From assembly GCA_964247055.1 (NCBI GenBank), contig OZ176054.1, positions 13,020,001 through 13,084,000 of the forward strand: DNA of 64,000 bases. The letters run 5' to 3'. The stretch's first letter is position 1; each line of letters begins with the position of its first letter. The notes beneath the pieces are model-generated. The model had not been told where the DNA came from, searched no databases, and was given only the letters and a program-made list of their open reading frames with translations. Source of the DNA: Paragordius varius. Its lineage: Eukaryota; Animalia; Nematomorpha. Positions 39,801 to 53,200 of this stretch are shown here, one piece after another. A program made the position numbers and the translations under genes.

Positions 39801-42401
39801 TTTCAGATTACGAGCGATTATTTGGTTTGAATGTTAGCCAATATGGACAAATGACAGCAGGGAGTTTTTGTTACATTGGACCTCAGGGTATAGTCCATGG
39901 CACAACTCTAACTTTGCTTAATATAGCTCGAGCAAATTTTGGCGTCCAACATGTGACTGATATGGTGGGTAAGGTAACACATAATATTACATACAATATA
40001 GATACCTTTATAAGTGTGGATTGGAGCCGGAATTGTTTTGGGGTTAAAGAAAATATTTTACTAACGGTTGTAAAATAAAAGTTTTACAAATTTTGAAACT
40101 TAATATTAATAATATGCCTTTTATTTCATTCAAAAAGCAATAGTATATTGTTGTAGATATTATAGAGAGAAAATATTTTGGCCTAAATTATATTTTTACG
40201 GCTATTATTCAGATTCCTATCAAAAAAGTTGAGACATTGGCGGTGTGACCATAATTTTAAAAATCAAAACCATTTATAACCATGGCCAAAATATTTTTAG
40301 CCAAAGGGACAAATCTAATTAAAACTAACGCAAAAAACAGTCAAATCCTTATATATTTTTTAATTTGTATTAAAAATATGAAAAAATCTTTAGGTATTTG
40401 TATCAAGTGGATTGGGAGGAATGAGTGGAGCTCAAGCTAAGGCTTGCAAAATCTTGTCATGTTTCGGGCTAATTGCTGAAGTAAAATTTATTCCCCCTTA
40501 AAAATATATATATTTATATATCATGATAAGTTAACTTAACAAAATTTTAGTCATTTAGTAGATGTTGTATGACTCTTGAGGTAAAATTTATTTTATTAAC
40601 AATATTCATTAGATAAATAGTGTGACAGCGCAAAAAAGATGGAATCAAGGATGGTTAGATGAAGTTAGCGATAACTTGGATTTCTGTATTAACCGAATTC
40701 GACAATATAAACGGGATCTTATAAGCAAATCCATAGCATACTGTGGAAACATTGTGGATATGTGGTATAACTTAATTTTTTCACCCATAAAAAAGTTGTT
40801 CAGTGTTCAGATTGGTATTTATAAATCATTAACAACGATGACAGGAATCGCTTATTAAACGTGTCTTCGTTCATACCTGATTAAAATATATTATTAAATT
40901 TATTGTTTTTAACAAACTAGTAATATTGTTACTCATATATAAGAATATTTTAAATGGTTACATTATATTTTTGGTTAAATTCCCAATCTATTATACATTT
41001 GTGGTGAAGACTGCTTATAACCAATGAGGGCATTCATAAGCGGTCAGAAAGACTATTCACTAAATACATGCATTTTTGTTTTACAGCTAAAAAATAATGT
41101 TTAGGGGAAAATTGGCAGAAATATATGAAGAAACCGGTGAGAAATTGGTCGACTTTGGTTCTGACCAAACCTCTCTCCATAATCTCTACAATGGTGGATA
41201 CTATCCGGTCGGTTATAGCTGGGATGATGCAAATCGATTATTGGCAACAAATCCTGAACGGTTTCAGAGGGAAGTTTGTCAAAGTTTGATACAGCAAGTC
41301 ACGCATATCAATAGGTTTTTTTCTAATCATTATCTAATTTGAAAATTTTATCAAACCAAGTTTATTTCTCCTATTAGATTGACAGAAATGACAGGATTGA
41401 TATTTTTTGATTATGGCAATGCTTTTTTGCTTGAAGCTGCAAAAGCGGGAGCACTAATTTACAAAAATAGCGATATAGCATGCAACAATTTGGGAGAAAT
41501 AAATCAAATTGGCAATTCAGTTGAACGGATATATAGATACCCATCGTATGTGGAAAATGTAATGGGTGAAATGTTTGCATTTGGGTTTGGGCCTTTTCGT
41601 TGGGTATGTATGAGCCAGGATCCGAAAGATCTTGCTTATACCGATAAACTTGCGCTTTCCATCCTTAGGGAGATTGTGAATGAACTAGATTCTAAAATAT
41701 TTGACTGCCAACAAAACCAAGAGCAGAGTCGCAGCAAAGTTGAACTTTATTCCCGAATAAAATCTTATTATGTCGATAATTGTTTTTGGATGGAACACAT
41801 CATTTCTCAACCTGGTGTGGGATACCTGACTGTAGGATCTCTGGCCCGGATCCTTTATTCAGACGTTCAAGGGCGAATACGATTGGCTTGTGCCTTCAAT
41901 AAGGCCATCGCAGATGGGCACATAACGCAACCAATTGTGTGTAGTCGAGACCATCATGATGTTTCGGGGGCTGATAGCCCTTGGCGGGAAACAGCTAACG
42001 TTCAAGACGGTTCCAACATGTGCATAGACATGTCCATTCAAAATGTCTTGGGAAACGCGGCCAGAGGAGCAACTTGGGTAGCCCTTCACAATGGCGGTGG
42101 GGTTGGTTGGAACCGTGCAAGCAATAATGGATTAGGTCTTGTGCTAGATGGACAACCGGAGACCGAACAACGCATAAAGAATGTTATGATGTGGGATGTA
42201 TTGAATGGTATGGTACGGAGATGTTGGTCTAATGCTTTTAAATATAGCAACAATGAAATTGATTCTCTCTCCGAAAAACGTGGGAAATCATTGCCCTTAG
42301 GTGAGAAAACGACGTATTACAATGATCTCATAAAGAGTTATTTGCAAGAAATTCAAACGGATATCAAGGGCTTAAAAGTAACTTTACCCTTTGGTGAATA
42401 A
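36853..42401 (+). pseudogene. UROC1: Urocanate hydratase, copy 3; frameshift in exon 1
   Basis: Exon 1 reads TAT AAT GCA ATC TAT ATC AGC TGA (2 nt shorter than TAT AAT GAA AAA TCC ATA TCA GCT), giving a stop at 36934-36936 after 27 codons. Downstream exons are in frame. Confidence 0.8.
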
Positions 42402-42586
42402 ATCAGAGGAAACTTTTTCAAAAAGATATATGTCTATTTATTTGTTTGTTACAATATATATTATATACGATAATAATTAATTGCCATATTATTATAAATA
42501 CTTTGATGTCATCTATGGGTGATTAAATAATTGACTATAGTTTTTATACTTTTTGCCAAAACCATCACAGATAATTCTTAATAAGA

Positions 42587-43576
42587 TTATGTTTTATTGT
42601 CGAAATGACAATTGTCATATTTGGAATTTTGGCGTGCGACATATTTTTCGAATTGGAGTTTCCAATCAACTATATATTTTGTTTTCCAGTCATTGAAGTG
42701 TGCTTTCCATTGGATTTCTAGATCACTAAGATCTTCTATTGGCAAAAATATAAGACAATATGTGTAAAAATATCAAACGAAACGGTTAATCGAATCTGAT
42801 TTTATAATAATATCGATTTACGTGTAGCTAAAGCAAGATCGGGCATAAATTCATTCCAAAATGCGCACTCTTTAATACGCGGACCTCGACCAACGTCAAA
42901 GGCATCGATTGCAATATTCAAATATTCCCTATTATGGGCAGTGTGTATGGGCCATTGTATATCGGACCAGGTTCCATCATCATTTATGTTTGGATTTCTA
43001 TTTTTTGCAGAAAAACGAAGGATAAATTGAAAATCTTGTATAAAAGTTTATAAATTAATATTAAATGTGTGAAAATTCATATTTGTCTCTGATTAATTTA
43101 CCCAGTTTTAGCAAAATTGGTCCAAATCGCATCATGAGCCAGCTTAGTTCAATTTCTTTGGGTTGATATCCCTTTGCAGGATCTAACGGTTCCCCAAATA
43201 TGTAATTGATTTCATCGGCATGCATGACGCCCATCCAAGAGGGCCAGGGGTGAGTCGATGATCTGTGAGTATAATAGTACTTGAACACATTTGCACCAGA
43301 TTGGGCGTAGATGAAGGCGCCCATATTGACCCCACAGGTAAAGTAATAATCACCGACACTTTTGTCGAACGCATCTAACATTTTCTTGGGGTCTGAGGGA
43401 TCCTCCCAATGCGTATACTCATAGAGTATGGCTTTACGACCAATTTGATTGAATTGCGGAAATAATTCGGGTAAGGCTTTAGCAAAGCGTGTCGATCGAC
43501 GGTAACCGCCTTTTCTAACGGGATAAAAAGATTAGTTAGCTGATAAATGTTAAAATATGTGCCCTCGTCGAAATTT
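42587..43576 (-). pseudogene. ACHE: Acetylcholinesterase 3' fragment, unit 3
   Basis: Same junction. The exon 2 remnant has two 1-nt deletions (agcaaagcgt at ~43485; tccaaatcgc at ~43124). Exons 3-4 encode a protein identical to the full gene. Confidence 0.9.
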
Positions 43577-44375
43577 TATATGGGTCTCCGCAACTCAGAG
43601 ATTTTAAGTTAAAATTAAATCTTATATTTCATAAAGTATTTTTTATATAATTTAAAGCGTTTTTAATATTCCTTGTCAGTATTTGAGAATCATAAATTAG
43701 AATTAAGTAAGAATACAAATGTATTTTTAATAATCTAATTATATCTATATATTTAAAGACAAAGGAAGATCTATATTAAAATTAATTCAATCTCTGTGAT
43801 ATTCGATAATTATTTTTAACAAAAAAAAAATTTATATAGCAATATAATAAATAAATTTTGGCAATTATTATTGTGGTGCACATTTCTTATTTATAGTTGC
43901 GTATGAAAAGAATAAAAAATGTATTAAAAAACAAAGGAATATTTATAGGTTTATTTAATTAGGGTTGTTTGTCAAAAAAACATTTTATTATTCTTTTCTG
44001 GACTAATGCCATACGCTACTGTATGTATGCACAACATTACATATTCGCTTAAATTATATTTTTTGTATTGTTTGTTAAATATGGCACGTGTGGGTCCTTT
44101 AAAGCAATTTTTTACCTGTACATTTTTTTGATGAGACTTCTGGAATAAAATATTATTGATTATCAATTTTAGAAGTCATTGAGTCAATAAAAGTTATAAA
44201 ATCAAAATATATCTATACATTGTTTTTACACACCTGTTACAATACAAAGTGTTTGTGTATGATTTGGTGTTAAAAATATAATGGAAATGTTTCAAAATCA
44301 AGAATTTTTTTAAACAATAATTTTATTTATTTTCAATTACATCACAGAATAGAGGACATTAAATGGATCCATAAT

Positions 44376-47300
44376 TCAATCATTAGAGTTTTGTGGCCTA
44401 AAACAAATGCATAAATTTGTCATGAAGGGTGATGTGTTTGATTTAGTTTTCGATTTTTTGACATTTTTATCGTTGTTTTCTCCAAATTGATGTTTGGAGC
44501 TTTCTGGAGGAGTCTTGAACTTAACGCGTGATCCAATATTATCTTCTTGACTATAAAAGATTCAAAAAAAATCCCATAAAATTAGAGATCGGTACCGTTA
44601 TGAACCAATACACGGTTTTTGGATTTTCAAATATAGCTTTATTTTACAGTAAAAAATGAGATTATACGGACAAAATGTAATAAATAAATAGACAAATGTT
44701 TTTTTTTCAAAAAACCGCTGTACTTTTTTAAACTTTATTTTTTTTAATATAATCCATTGTAATTGAAAAGTATGAAATGTAGATAAAATTAAAAACAACA
44801 ATCAATTAATGTTTAAAATTTTAATTTAATAATTTATGTAGAAAAATTAGGGTTTACAAAAGTATGGTTCTTTTTACAAAAAAGCTTGTTTTTGTATTTT
44901 TACTGTTATTAGGCTATAAATAAATCTAAAGAACAACCATTTTTGGCAAAACTATTCTGAATCTCATAAAAATCTCAAACAGAATAAAAGTCAATTAATT
45001 ACATTTATACATTTTGAAATGACATAAAAAATGTGTTTCAATAAGTATATTTCACTTTCCAGCTTATACTTTGGAGGTAGAAAAGGCGTTTTCGGATGTG
45101 TTTTTTAATTATACCACTGAAAAATTAAGGTAACCTCTAAAATTAAACAAAATGCGATTCTACTAGTGCATCAATCAAATAGATTGGGTGCGATTGCTAA
45201 ATTTTAACCTTATACCATTCGTTTAAAATAATGGAGTTAAGAACATGACTTTATTTAAATCATTATTAATAATTGCTATTTTCTCCATATTCTCATTTTT
45301 TCAATATTCACGTCCATTTCTATCAATTTTAATAAAACTAATCCCCTTTACAAAATATAAGCATTTATGAATTCGCACCTTAGCTCATCACTTTTGATTG
45401 GATTGTAGGAGGGAAATCCTGATTCGAGTCCCCCACCCACACTCCGATCTAACATAACAGCCCTTGAAGTGAAATCTTCGAATCCGTCTTCTTTAGCATG
45501 CATTTTCTGTTGCTGTTGTTGCCTTTTATTGGCAAAAAATTCCATGTAATTTTCATCATGTCCAACCATATTGTTGTCTACATTATTCATGTTTTGCCCG
45601 ATTAAATTTTTATTTGCAGGTGCTACTGGCCATGCTAAATCACTCGATGCCGATTGGCCTATTCGTTTTTCATCTAAACCCTGTTTTTATAAAATTTTCT
45701 ATAGTTAATTATTCTATAATTACCTTAATTAGATAATAGGATATAATTGTTTTATAAGTTGGAAAGCAAAGTGTTCAGATAGGTTTAGTTAGAGATTGGA
45801 TATATTAGTGTACCCTAGTTTACAGACTATTAAGTTGAGAGTTTTATTTTAAAATAGAAAAAATATCAAAGCAGGGCTTCGAACTAGAATTACATGAAAT
45901 CACCCGGGGCCTGACTTTTCAACAGTAACAGGTTTCGTTGGGTTCAGGATTCACCCCGGTTTCCTATTTAAATTGGTTCTAGTTTCACTTTTTTTTGAAC
46001 CGGTTCGAAGCCCTGATTAAAGGCTTTTTTCTGCCTACCACATTTTGCATATCTTGTTTCACATCATCGGCATAGTAATAGGCAGAAGAAGAAATGTTTG
46101 ATGATTTTGGTTCCATATTGCTTGTCGATATTTCTGGCGAGGGTGGCAATTTCCCACTCCAATCAATCATGTAATCATATTCCCAACCATAATTTTGCAA
46201 TAATGTTTCAAATAACTCTTTAAGGTAGGCATAATCTGGCGTTTCGACAAAATCAAGGCCTCTGGCATACCGAACCAAAATTTTGAATTCTTCGGGCAAA
46301 CCCGAACATAGGGTATCGGGATCAATATCCCTTTTCATTTCAGCAATCTTACGGTACTTTTATTTGGAGGATTCGGTTTTGATCAACTTTAAGCCTGGAC
46401 TTGTGGATATTGCATCAAAAATATATATTAGATTTTGGATAAATTTTACAGTAAAAATTGAAATTATACGGACAAAACCCAAAAATATATAGACCAATAT
46501 ATTTTTTAAAAGACAGTCACTTTTTAATCTTGAATTTGTAAATTTTATAATAATTGTTAAAGATTGCAAAGTATGATATAAAAATATATATTGATAACAC
46601 AATCAATTACAATTTTCATATTTTATATATAAATAATTTATAAAATTTATAGATTTATAAAAGAATGGTTGTTATTTTTACATTTTGTCCGTATAATTTC
46701 AGTTTTAACTGTATATGAATAAATATTTACCTTGCCAAGGTAAGGAACCCTTTAGAAAATATAGGAACATGTAGGCAAGTCCTTCAAGATCATCCCTTCG
46801 ACTCTGTTCTATTCCAAAATGAGTGTTAACGGACATATATCGGGCAGTTTCAGTCAAGGGTTTCTGTTCACGGTACTTTATGTGTTTACCTGATATATGA
46901 TTAGAGTTGACAATAAAATTTAAATTTTTGTTTCATTAAAAAGTTAAGTAAAAATTCAAATTAAACAGACAAAAACGTAAAAATATAAGGACAAATTTAT
47001 ATTTCAAAAGACAACCATAATCTTTTAAAATTGTGATTTTTCCTACAAAAAACTATTTTATTAAATATAAAATAATAACTGTGTATCTATTTTAACGTCT
47101 CTATTTGAGTTTTCGTGGTTTAAAACAATGAGTTATATTCGAAAAAATCAAGGGTTAAAAAAGCTTGGTTATTTTTTGAAATTACGTTTTGTCCGCATAC
47201 TTATTTCACTTTTGCTCTAAATTTTGTATAAATTTATACCATTTTTATCGATGTATTCTTTGGCTAATCCAAAATCAACGACCCATATAATTCCTTCAGT

Positions 47301-48243
47301 GGCGCTAGCCCGCTTCCCAATCAAAAAATTTTCGGGTTTCACATCCCGATAAACCAAACCATAGTAATGTATAAATTCGATTCGATTTATCAATTGTAGA
47401 GCAATCATAATCACCGTTTTAAGACTAAACTGTTTATTGCAATACAGGAATAGATCTTGCAGACTGGGTCCTAACAAGTCCATCACCATAACGCGATAGG
47501 ATCCACAGTGACCAAAATAATATACGCGGGGTATACCTTCGGCATATATTCCATACCTAAAAATATAAATTGTTAAGAAAAAAACAGTCCAAATTACAGT
47601 AAAAAATAAATTAGAAAATCGACGATTAAAAAAGACTACCAACCGCCATACTTTTCCTTAGTTTTTTTAATACTTAGAGTTTTGGGCAGTTGAAATTTGG
47701 AATAGAAATGTAAATTAGTAACACTCTCAATCATCCATGAAAATCTTAACAATTAGGCTGTACAGCAAATACTAAGGCTTAAAATATATGTCTGTCTTTA
47801 CAAAAAAATATTTTTGTCACTTTTTATTTTTTAATGTGAATAGAAATCCAAAATTTTCAATTATTTCTGCAAGTTATTACGTAAGGTAATACCTTTCATC
47901 CTGGTGCAGTCGACTATATAATTCATATTCCCGTTTTAGTTGAGGGATTTCCGCATTTCCTGCCTCAATTTTTATGGCAGCTACTGTTTGTAGCTATATG
48001 GATACAATATCGAAGTTCACCGAACGTACCCAATCCAATATGCTGAGCAATTTGATATAGCTTTGGGTTATTTTTTATGTTGATGCCGTTTGATTTGGAA
48101 AAACGATCAACACCAACTATACGACCCTGTAATTTGTCTTTTCCGCCATCATGGTGCGTTTCTGAAGAATTGATATTAACGCTATTATTGGAATGCTTAA
48201 CCCTTATGTTGGAATAAGGGTCTTCGGTTTTCCCAGGACTCAT
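44376..48243 (-). pseudogene. CSNK1G: Casein kinase I gamma, copy 4; frameshift in exon 1
   Basis: A 2-nt deletion (ACA AAC AGT AGC TGC CAT AAA AAT TGA) stops translation at 47965, before the AAIK catalytic lysine. Remaining exons are recognisable. Confidence 0.82.
45872..46015. mobile_element. hAT-like MITE in CK1 intron 4 (present in all units)
   Basis: TIRs CAGGGCTTCGAAC ... GTTCGAAGCCCTG. Copies also at ~2722-2857, ~19195-19341 and 32490-32637. Confidence 0.65.
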
Positions 48244-48820
48244 TATTAGAAATATTTAATTTTATCGATTACACATTAGGGTTCAAGTTAATGAATCTTA
48301 TTTCAAAAAATTTTATTTTCTTAAACAGAAAACTTAGGGGCCCGAAAAAAAGTTTTTTGCCAAATGAAAAATAAATTATAATATTACTAATAAAAATCAC
48401 ACTAATATCAGTTATAGTAAAAAAGAAATCATTTAATTTAACAATAATGCTATGCCGCGGTTTTAACAATCACGTAATTTGATTTTGTGATACATTTTTA
48501 TTATATGCTTTATTTTTTTTATATTTATTTTGGATTTGATATTTTCACTTATTTTTAAAAGCGTATCTATTCATAAAATTGATCATATAGGTAGACCTTA
48601 ACCTTCTTATTTATTTATATATCAATAAATATAAATAGTTACTTTTTCATTTGTGTAATGTATTAAAAGAATATATATATATAATTTTGGGTATTTGGTA
48701 TTCTTTTGACGATTATGGTGTTATTTGATATTCAAGAAATAATGGCGATAGAATACCAGATATATAGATGCTTTAAATATTAATCACTTATAATCGGCCT
48801 CATAGATATTTGGAAAATTT

Positions 48821-48856
<36 letters not shown>

Positions 48857-50249
48857 TGATTATGGCGCTTTTAGTTTGGTTACGAGTTATTTAACAGAGT
48901 GTATGATTTTTTTCATACCCAAAATAAAAAATCGAAAATTTCACACAAATTATGTTATCCACTTATTGGGATATGGAAGTAGAAAATGGAGGTTCTACAA
49001 ACATAAAAGAGCTAGGTATAAGTTTTTTTGCATAATTAAATAATTTTGTATTACTTTGCTTTCGAAACAATAAATTTAGCAATGAGGGCCACAGTTAACA
49101 ATTTGAAAATAAACTTAGCATAGTGAGAGAACTTTACATCATTTACATTTTTTCATACACTTTAACATCGCTATTGTATATTCGTTTCCATTCTTTACAA
49201 AAATAATAAATAATCCTTTTACAATGTGAGTAAGAAGAACGAAAAAAGTGATACTTGCCTAACATTTTTATTTCGTGCCTCAAAATGCGAAACATGAAAT
49301 GAAGTTGTAAAAGAGAGGTGTGGTTTCAAAAAAAATTTTTTTAACCTAATTTGATTACTAATGTTAATAGGTGATAAGTAATATAATAAATTCCCGTATA
49401 ATTTTTCATTACGTACATTACATAATGGTTTATCACTAGGGGTTGAATCGAGCATCATAGCGCAAATGGTAAAATATCAAATTAAAATTCCAAAAAGAAA
49501 AAGAGTGATATATTTTATATATCTCTGCTTGAGCTAGCCCACATGAAGAAAAAAGGATTTTTAACAATATAAAATGGTGTGTATAATTTGAGTTATTTAA
49601 TGAGAAAATTTCATCCAATTTTAAAGGATTCGGACATAATAGTTTTCGATTAATTGTTCATCGCCCAATTTAATGGGGCTAAATTTTTCCAAGGCAGTCT
49701 CTATCTAAAAGGTCAAATTATTAGAAAATCATCATATTTAAGCGATCTATATTTACACTCACTTAATAAGTCCAATTTAATTTGGACAATAAGTACTTAA
49801 ACCGAAGCCCGTGAGCGCCATACGGCCCTAAAAGTGCTTTTTAATGGCCTCAATTAATTTTTTTGCTTCTATAAATGTTACAAATATGTCAAGCAGCTAT
49901 AAATTTTATCGGTATGAATGTACAGTAACGGCCTTTGAGACAAGATAAATATTTTTTTCGGCCCTCTATTTTTTGGTGATTTCACTGATTTCGAAGTTAT
50001 CCGATGAAATATTGTTTTTGTATTAATTTTACACAAAAAACAAAAATCATCAATCACCATCATATATCCGACTGAATATATCAATTATAGTTGGTAAATT
50101 GTTAATCAAGGGATTATATTATATTATTCATTTATATATGGTATAATAACTTATACTAAATAAGACCTTTAAAATATTAGCCATATGGCAAGTTTTTTAA
50201 AATAAAACTTAAATAGTTAAAACTTTTTTTTACAATTTTTTATGTGAAA

Positions 50250-53200
50250 ATGGCCGAATATTTAAAATTTATTAGTGCCGGGATTCCATTAAATCCGCTT
50301 CCTCCTCCATATAATGAAAAATCCATATCAGCTGATATTCTTCGAGCTCCATTTCGAAACAATGGACTAACAAAACGAGAAAAAACGGTTAGAATTTTAT
50401 TTTGAACTAACCTTTGAAATTTCGAGGATTTGTTTTAAATATTTTTGGAGTTTTCACAAATTTGTTTTATCATTATTAAGTAAATTTATTTATTTGGTAT
50501 AAATTCGTGATGGATTATTTTTACACCAACAATAAAACGTGAAAAACATTTATTACAGAATCCTGCTAGCTGTCCAACAATATAAAAATTTATATATTTG
50601 TGATTGTTACAATTTTGTCCGAATTTATATTTAATGGTAAAATCCACCTCCTATTTTTGCCTTTAAGATTTTTATTTTTTTGCAAAAATCCTTGATACAT
50701 GAAAATTATATTTTTATTTTATTTTTACGTTTGACAAAGATTACTTGTAGTAATCGAAATATTATAATAAATTTATATTATTTTTGCTGAATTATTCCAT
50801 ATTTAATAATTTAATAATGTTATATTTCATAAATCTGCGACTAGCATTTTTAATTCCGATTCCAGGGAATTTTTTAACAAACAGACAAAATTTAGTGTGT
50901 TGTCAAATGATTGTGGGTCATTTACATTTCATTATAATACAATGAGTTAAAGCCAAATAATTTAGTCATAATGAATATTGATTGTAATAGATAATATGCA
51001 AACATATATATATATATAAATATTGCTAATATGGAGATATAATTTGTGCAATTAATTTAGCAGCTTTTTGTCTGACGGTCCGCATTACAACAAACACTCA
51101 AAAGCTTTTAATTTATTGATTTTTAAAACGTTATTTTTGATAATTATGTGGGCCACATAAAAGTTTGGTTTTACTGACCCTTGATTCGGTTAGTGTGACA
51201 TATTTCCTACCCCTCAAATTAAAATTAAGCATTTATATACACAAAATATCGGATATACCCGATATAAAATTAAATTAAAATAATATGCACCAACGATCCT
51301 TACATGCGTGTGAACATAATTAATTTTGAATGGGTAAATTCAAGAAGAGGTTTTAAAAATTAGAGAATATCAACTCGGCCTTGAATATAACCCGCCAAAG
51401 AAAATTTTTTCCCTTAACCTTTTATATTTCCAAACTGTCCACCACTTCGATTATAATATCATTGCATTTTTACATATAGTTGGCAGTTAAAAATGTTCTA
51501 CGATATTTTCCCGTTTCTTTCCATGAGACGCTTGCCCCAGAATTTATGGATGAACTAGAAAACAGAGGCCATATATACGCTTATCGATTTAAACCTGAGA
51601 TTAGAATGAAGTTTCATATATAAATTCCTATCTTTAGACAATTTTATATCATAATTTCTAATAATTCAATTTTCTTAATATAGGTTAGACAAAAATTAAA
51701 AAATTACAGTAAAAATTGAAATTGTACGGACAACACGTAAAAATATAAAGACAACCATACTTTTTAAAACCTTAATGTTTCCCATATAAGCTACTTAGTT
51801 ATAATTGTAAGATATAGAATTGATTGTGTTAGTATTATATATCTCTATTTCACACTTTGCCATTTAAAACAATGAGTTATATTGAAATAAATCAAGATTT
51901 AAAATGTATGGTTGTCTTTTGTGGAAAAAAATATTTGTCTTATATTTTTACGTTTCGTCCGTATAATTTCAATTTTTACTGTATTTATAGTTTTTTAATA
52001 TTTCTGATAGAGCATATCCCATTCAAGAATACCCAGGAAAATTGATAGAATGCAAAGCTATAATGGCAATGATAATGAACAATTTGGATCCTGATGTAGC
52101 TCAGTTCCCTGAAGAGTTGGTCACATATGGGTCCAACGGTCAAGTTTTTAGCAATTGGATTCAAGTATTTAAACAATTTCTGAACATATTTTCCAAATAT
52201 TTAATCACCGCATTTTGCAATTCTAAGCACACCATATTTATCAAACATACTGTGTATTCTACTAATTATAAAGAAAGCAATTTTTTGTTGGATATAATGT
52301 AGGCATCCAGGAAAGTAAGAATAACCACAATAAATGCAGAAATTGTTCTTCTAAATTATTTAACCACAATTTTTGTTAAAAAAGGATGAATGATATTTAA
52401 ACTATAAAACCATCAACAAATTGTTTTTATTGATTATCCATACACTATGAAAGAATCCGTAAATAATATAGGATAACAATACAGTAAAAATTGAAATTAT
52501 ACGGAAAAACTGTAATAAAGACAAATTTTTTTTCAAAAGACAACCTTTTTAAATCTTAATTTAACCTATAAAAAAACATTTAATTACAATCGTAAAATAC
52601 ATAATTGATTGTGTTACCAATTGACATTTCTATATAATACTGTTTAAAATAATGAGTTACATTTAAAAAAAGCAAGATTAAAAAAGTATGTCTTTTTGAA
52701 AGAAAATATTTGTCTTTATATTTTCATCCATAGTATAATTTCAATTACTGTATATATAATATTCGTAAATTTTTTTCCACAGTTTTCATTAACCATGAAA
52801 TATTTGTGTGAAATGGAGAATTATCAAACTTTAGTGCTATGTTCAGGACATCCGCACGGTTTATTCCCAAACATTTGGAATTATGGCACATGTGAAAAAA
52901 CCGGAAAATTAGGTAATAAACTCTTTTATAAAATTGACAAAAAATTTATTTTTTTGATCATTTGAGAATTGCATACGTTTTTTAATTAAAGAAATACCGC
53001 CAAGCTATCCGCGTTTGATTATTACAAATGGCCTGGTGCTACCAACATGTCAGGAACCAGAAAAGCAGCTTGATAGAGCCTACGTTTCAGATTACGAGCG
53101 ATTATTTGGTTTGAATGTTAGCCAATATGGACAAATGACAGCAGGGAGTTTTTGTTACATTGGACCTCAGGGGATAGTCCATGGCACAACACTAACTTTG

